Origin: Cystobasidiomycetes sp. EMM_F5
Taxonomy: Eukaryota
Assembly: GCA_051047955.1 (NCBI GenBank)
Contig: JBPGPT010000019.1
Span: 248,001 to 312,000 of the forward strand
Direction: 5' to 3'
DNA length: 64,000 bases
The position numbers and the translations under genes were made by a program. Shown here one piece after another: positions 61,568 to 64,000 of the stretch. The notes beneath the pieces are model-generated. The model saw only the letters and a list, made by a program, of their open reading frames with translations, had not been told where the DNA came from and searched no databases. Numbering within the stretch: the stretch's first letter is position 1; every line of letters starts with the position of its first letter.

Positions 61568-63475
61568 ATGAGCCATATTCGAAACTCTCCGGGCTAGCCT
61601 ACAATGTATGATTACGTTGAATTGCATTTGATTAGGCACTGCAATTCGAGGTCGTTGGACTCGGCAGAATCTTCCGGGCTGTGTGAGGAAAATTGTTCCA
61701 GCGAAGTGAAGATAGTATAAGAATACATCGTATCGGCGTGGCGTTCTTTTCCCTAGCCGAACCAACATGATGAGACCTTGGTATCACGATTCACTGTGCC
61801 CCACAGATGCAGACCAAATGATGCAATCAGAACTTCACGCGCGGTGGTGACGGTCTTTCGCTCTCGAGAGGGTTCAGCTCTGGGCAGCAGAACGTCGCAT
61901 GAGCCTTACACAACATATATAGCAAGCGGTGCTCTCACAGTCTTCCTCGCTAGCGTACTCCTAGCACCACCCAGCCGCATAACGCGTTGCCGATGCTTGA
62001 TACCGTCTACTTGACTGAGCAGCGGCCGTAGTCAATTGACGTTATGGTTTGCGGCGCCTGTGAGATTGCCCAAGGAGAGCTACTTCTTGCTGTATTTCTG
62101 TTGTATCCTCGTCTTCGGCATGCTCGAGCTCCCGATAACGCTGGTGGACATGCCATGATACATGATACACTTCAGCTATAATAACTCATTCCGAGACGGT
62201 AAGTCTCACCTTCAAAGCAAGACCCAGCTGGAGTCTATGTGCTAGCCCTTAGAGACGCTCCTGTACGCTGCTTTGCCAACAATCTAGAGCTCGCACCCGC
62301 TGTCCCCTTGCCCGACATTCTTGCCAACAGCTGCACATGTTAACGGGATGCCATTTCCGATATCCATCGCGGCTGCGATTGCTGACAGTTGCTTCTTGTC
62401 GACGTAGCGCTCATAGCTGTGCTAGGCATTCTCGCACTCATGCTACCCCGTAACATTGGTCGGTCGAGGTTGGCAAAGATCATACGGACAACGGCCACTT
62501 TCGCAAACAAGTAGACGATGACAACGTGAAGTTTGTGCTACATGAACGCACAAGCTGCGCAATTTCTCTCACAAGGCCGCTCGCCCGAAGAAAAAAGCTA
62601 GTCGCTCTCTGTTTTGGTTGAAATGGAACGCACTGGCTTGTACATAATGCGAGCGTCCGTATTCACCTTCAGCCAGCTGAATATTCCTTATCTACTCGTT
62701 ATCTCGCGACTGTTCCAAGATGTCTGAGGAGCCTCAGGCGGAAGTGAAAGGCGAAGGCGGAATGAACCTGGCGATGTCGTGTCCACTTAGCAAGTCAAGC
62801 AGTCTCCGCCTGCGCTGCGATTGCCGTACGCTGCATGCACAAGCTTGAGCAGCTGTCCTGTGTTTCCAAGATACTCGGCGACAGGCTTTTGCGCACGCGC
62901 CGAGGACAATGGTCTGCTGGGCAAAATGATGCGGGCAGGGGCGAGGAAGGAAGGGTCACTCTTGCCTTTCGACTGGAGTATTATTACCAAGCAACCTTGC
63001 GTGAGCAGCCCGGCCGCCCGTTATCTCGGTTGTCATTTTGAGAAAGTGAGGGGTCTGCATTGTCACGAGGCTGAAAATTACTACTCACGATGTCCCTACA
63101 GTCAGTATCATAACCATTCCCAACCTGGCCTGCTAGATGGTTCTCTCCAGTTGGCAGAAACCGACAGTATTTAAACGCATGACGAGCTCGGCTTCGCACG
63201 TAGGTCATAAGCCCGGCGGAAATAGCAGCAGAGCGGGTTCTGCTTTTGCATCTGCATCAGTTCTGGTCCTATCGTCAGTCGAGTCGCGCAAATGGGGATC
63301 AAGAAAGTCCACTATGGACCCAGAGCAGACATTTGAGGATACTGGTAGCAGATAATGAAAGGCATGCTCATTAGACACACATCGAGATGGATTGACGTAC
63401 AACACACACTCTAATTAGGCTGGCTGACCGAGAGCTTGGAGCTACGAGACAATCACACAAGACCTGCACGGCCGT

Positions 63476-64000
63476 CTAAGCGCAGCAAGAACCGTTGGTA
63501 CTGACTTGAGCATGAGCGTATGGTACTGAGAATTTATCCGACGAAGCAGGTACGTCCAATGCTGGATTCATGTCGAAGAAGGACGTAGGCTTCAAGAGCA
63601 AAGAGCAGTGCTCAACAGGCATAACGGGGAAATCCTCTGGCCGGACGACTGAGCACAAAGGTAATCAGCTGATGCTCGGAGGCAAGCCGACAGTTTGAAC
63701 GCACCGTGAGTGACTCCCCATGTGAGCCAAACGGCAACATCGGTATTTCGAATGTTACGATTGCCGTCGACGAACGAAGTGATGGCATCCTTGGGGGTTT
63801 CTTGGGTTTGAGGAACGTATTTGCCTGCAGGGTATAGCTGCTGCGGATCGTAGGGTGCGCACCAGAGAGAATGCTGCGCAAAAGGTGCCCTCTTCGCTAC
63901 GATGGAGTCAGGCTTGGCCAGCAGAGGAGGCATCTGAGCCGCCATTATCTTGTAGCCAGCAGGTTGGCGGGATGCGTAATGAAGCTTTCCTTCGTTGACT
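63476..64000 (-). CDS. Copper amine oxidase, C-terminal part (5' beyond window)
   Basis: YKIMAAQMPPLLAKPDSIVAKRAPFA, LYPAGKYVPQ, IRNTDVAVWLTWGVTH/VVRPEDFPVMPVEH, LLKPTSFFDMNPALDVP. Confidence 0.95.

Overview
Gene-dense, intron-rich eukaryotic DNA. Introns are mostly about 50-70 nt GT-AG with CTRAC branch points, and the gene content points to a basidiomycete fungus with a compact genome (inference; species not determinable). About 28 spliced protein-coding genes can be reconstructed by eye. Housekeeping and cell-surface genes: Ku70, chitin deacetylase, PQ-loop protein, FAM72-domain protein, Kic1/Nak1-type STE20 kinase, two tandem sulfotransferase-like genes, GH18 chitinase, NDUFA9, a Cap64/PC-esterase-like protein, urease, a GH105/88 hydrolase, HSBP1, Tsp2 tetraspanin, Sde2, Cwc15, a PIN-like transporter, a Ser/Thr-rich membrane protein and ATP1. 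At the right end: MFS transporter, amino-acid permease, FAD monooxygenase and copper amine oxidase. The standout is 39.7-50.2 kb, a head-to-tail array of five orphan, intrinsically disordered genes. They share an Asn/Gly-rich amyloid/RHIM-like motif in exon 1, dense RRxS sites and a short Ala-rich terminal exon. They also share CTGAC-rich promoters and, in four copies, a 3' non-coding element that is better conserved than the proteins. Exon boundaries were read manually; gene ends are approximate where stated. No rRNA, tRNA, CRISPR or transposon was recognised.
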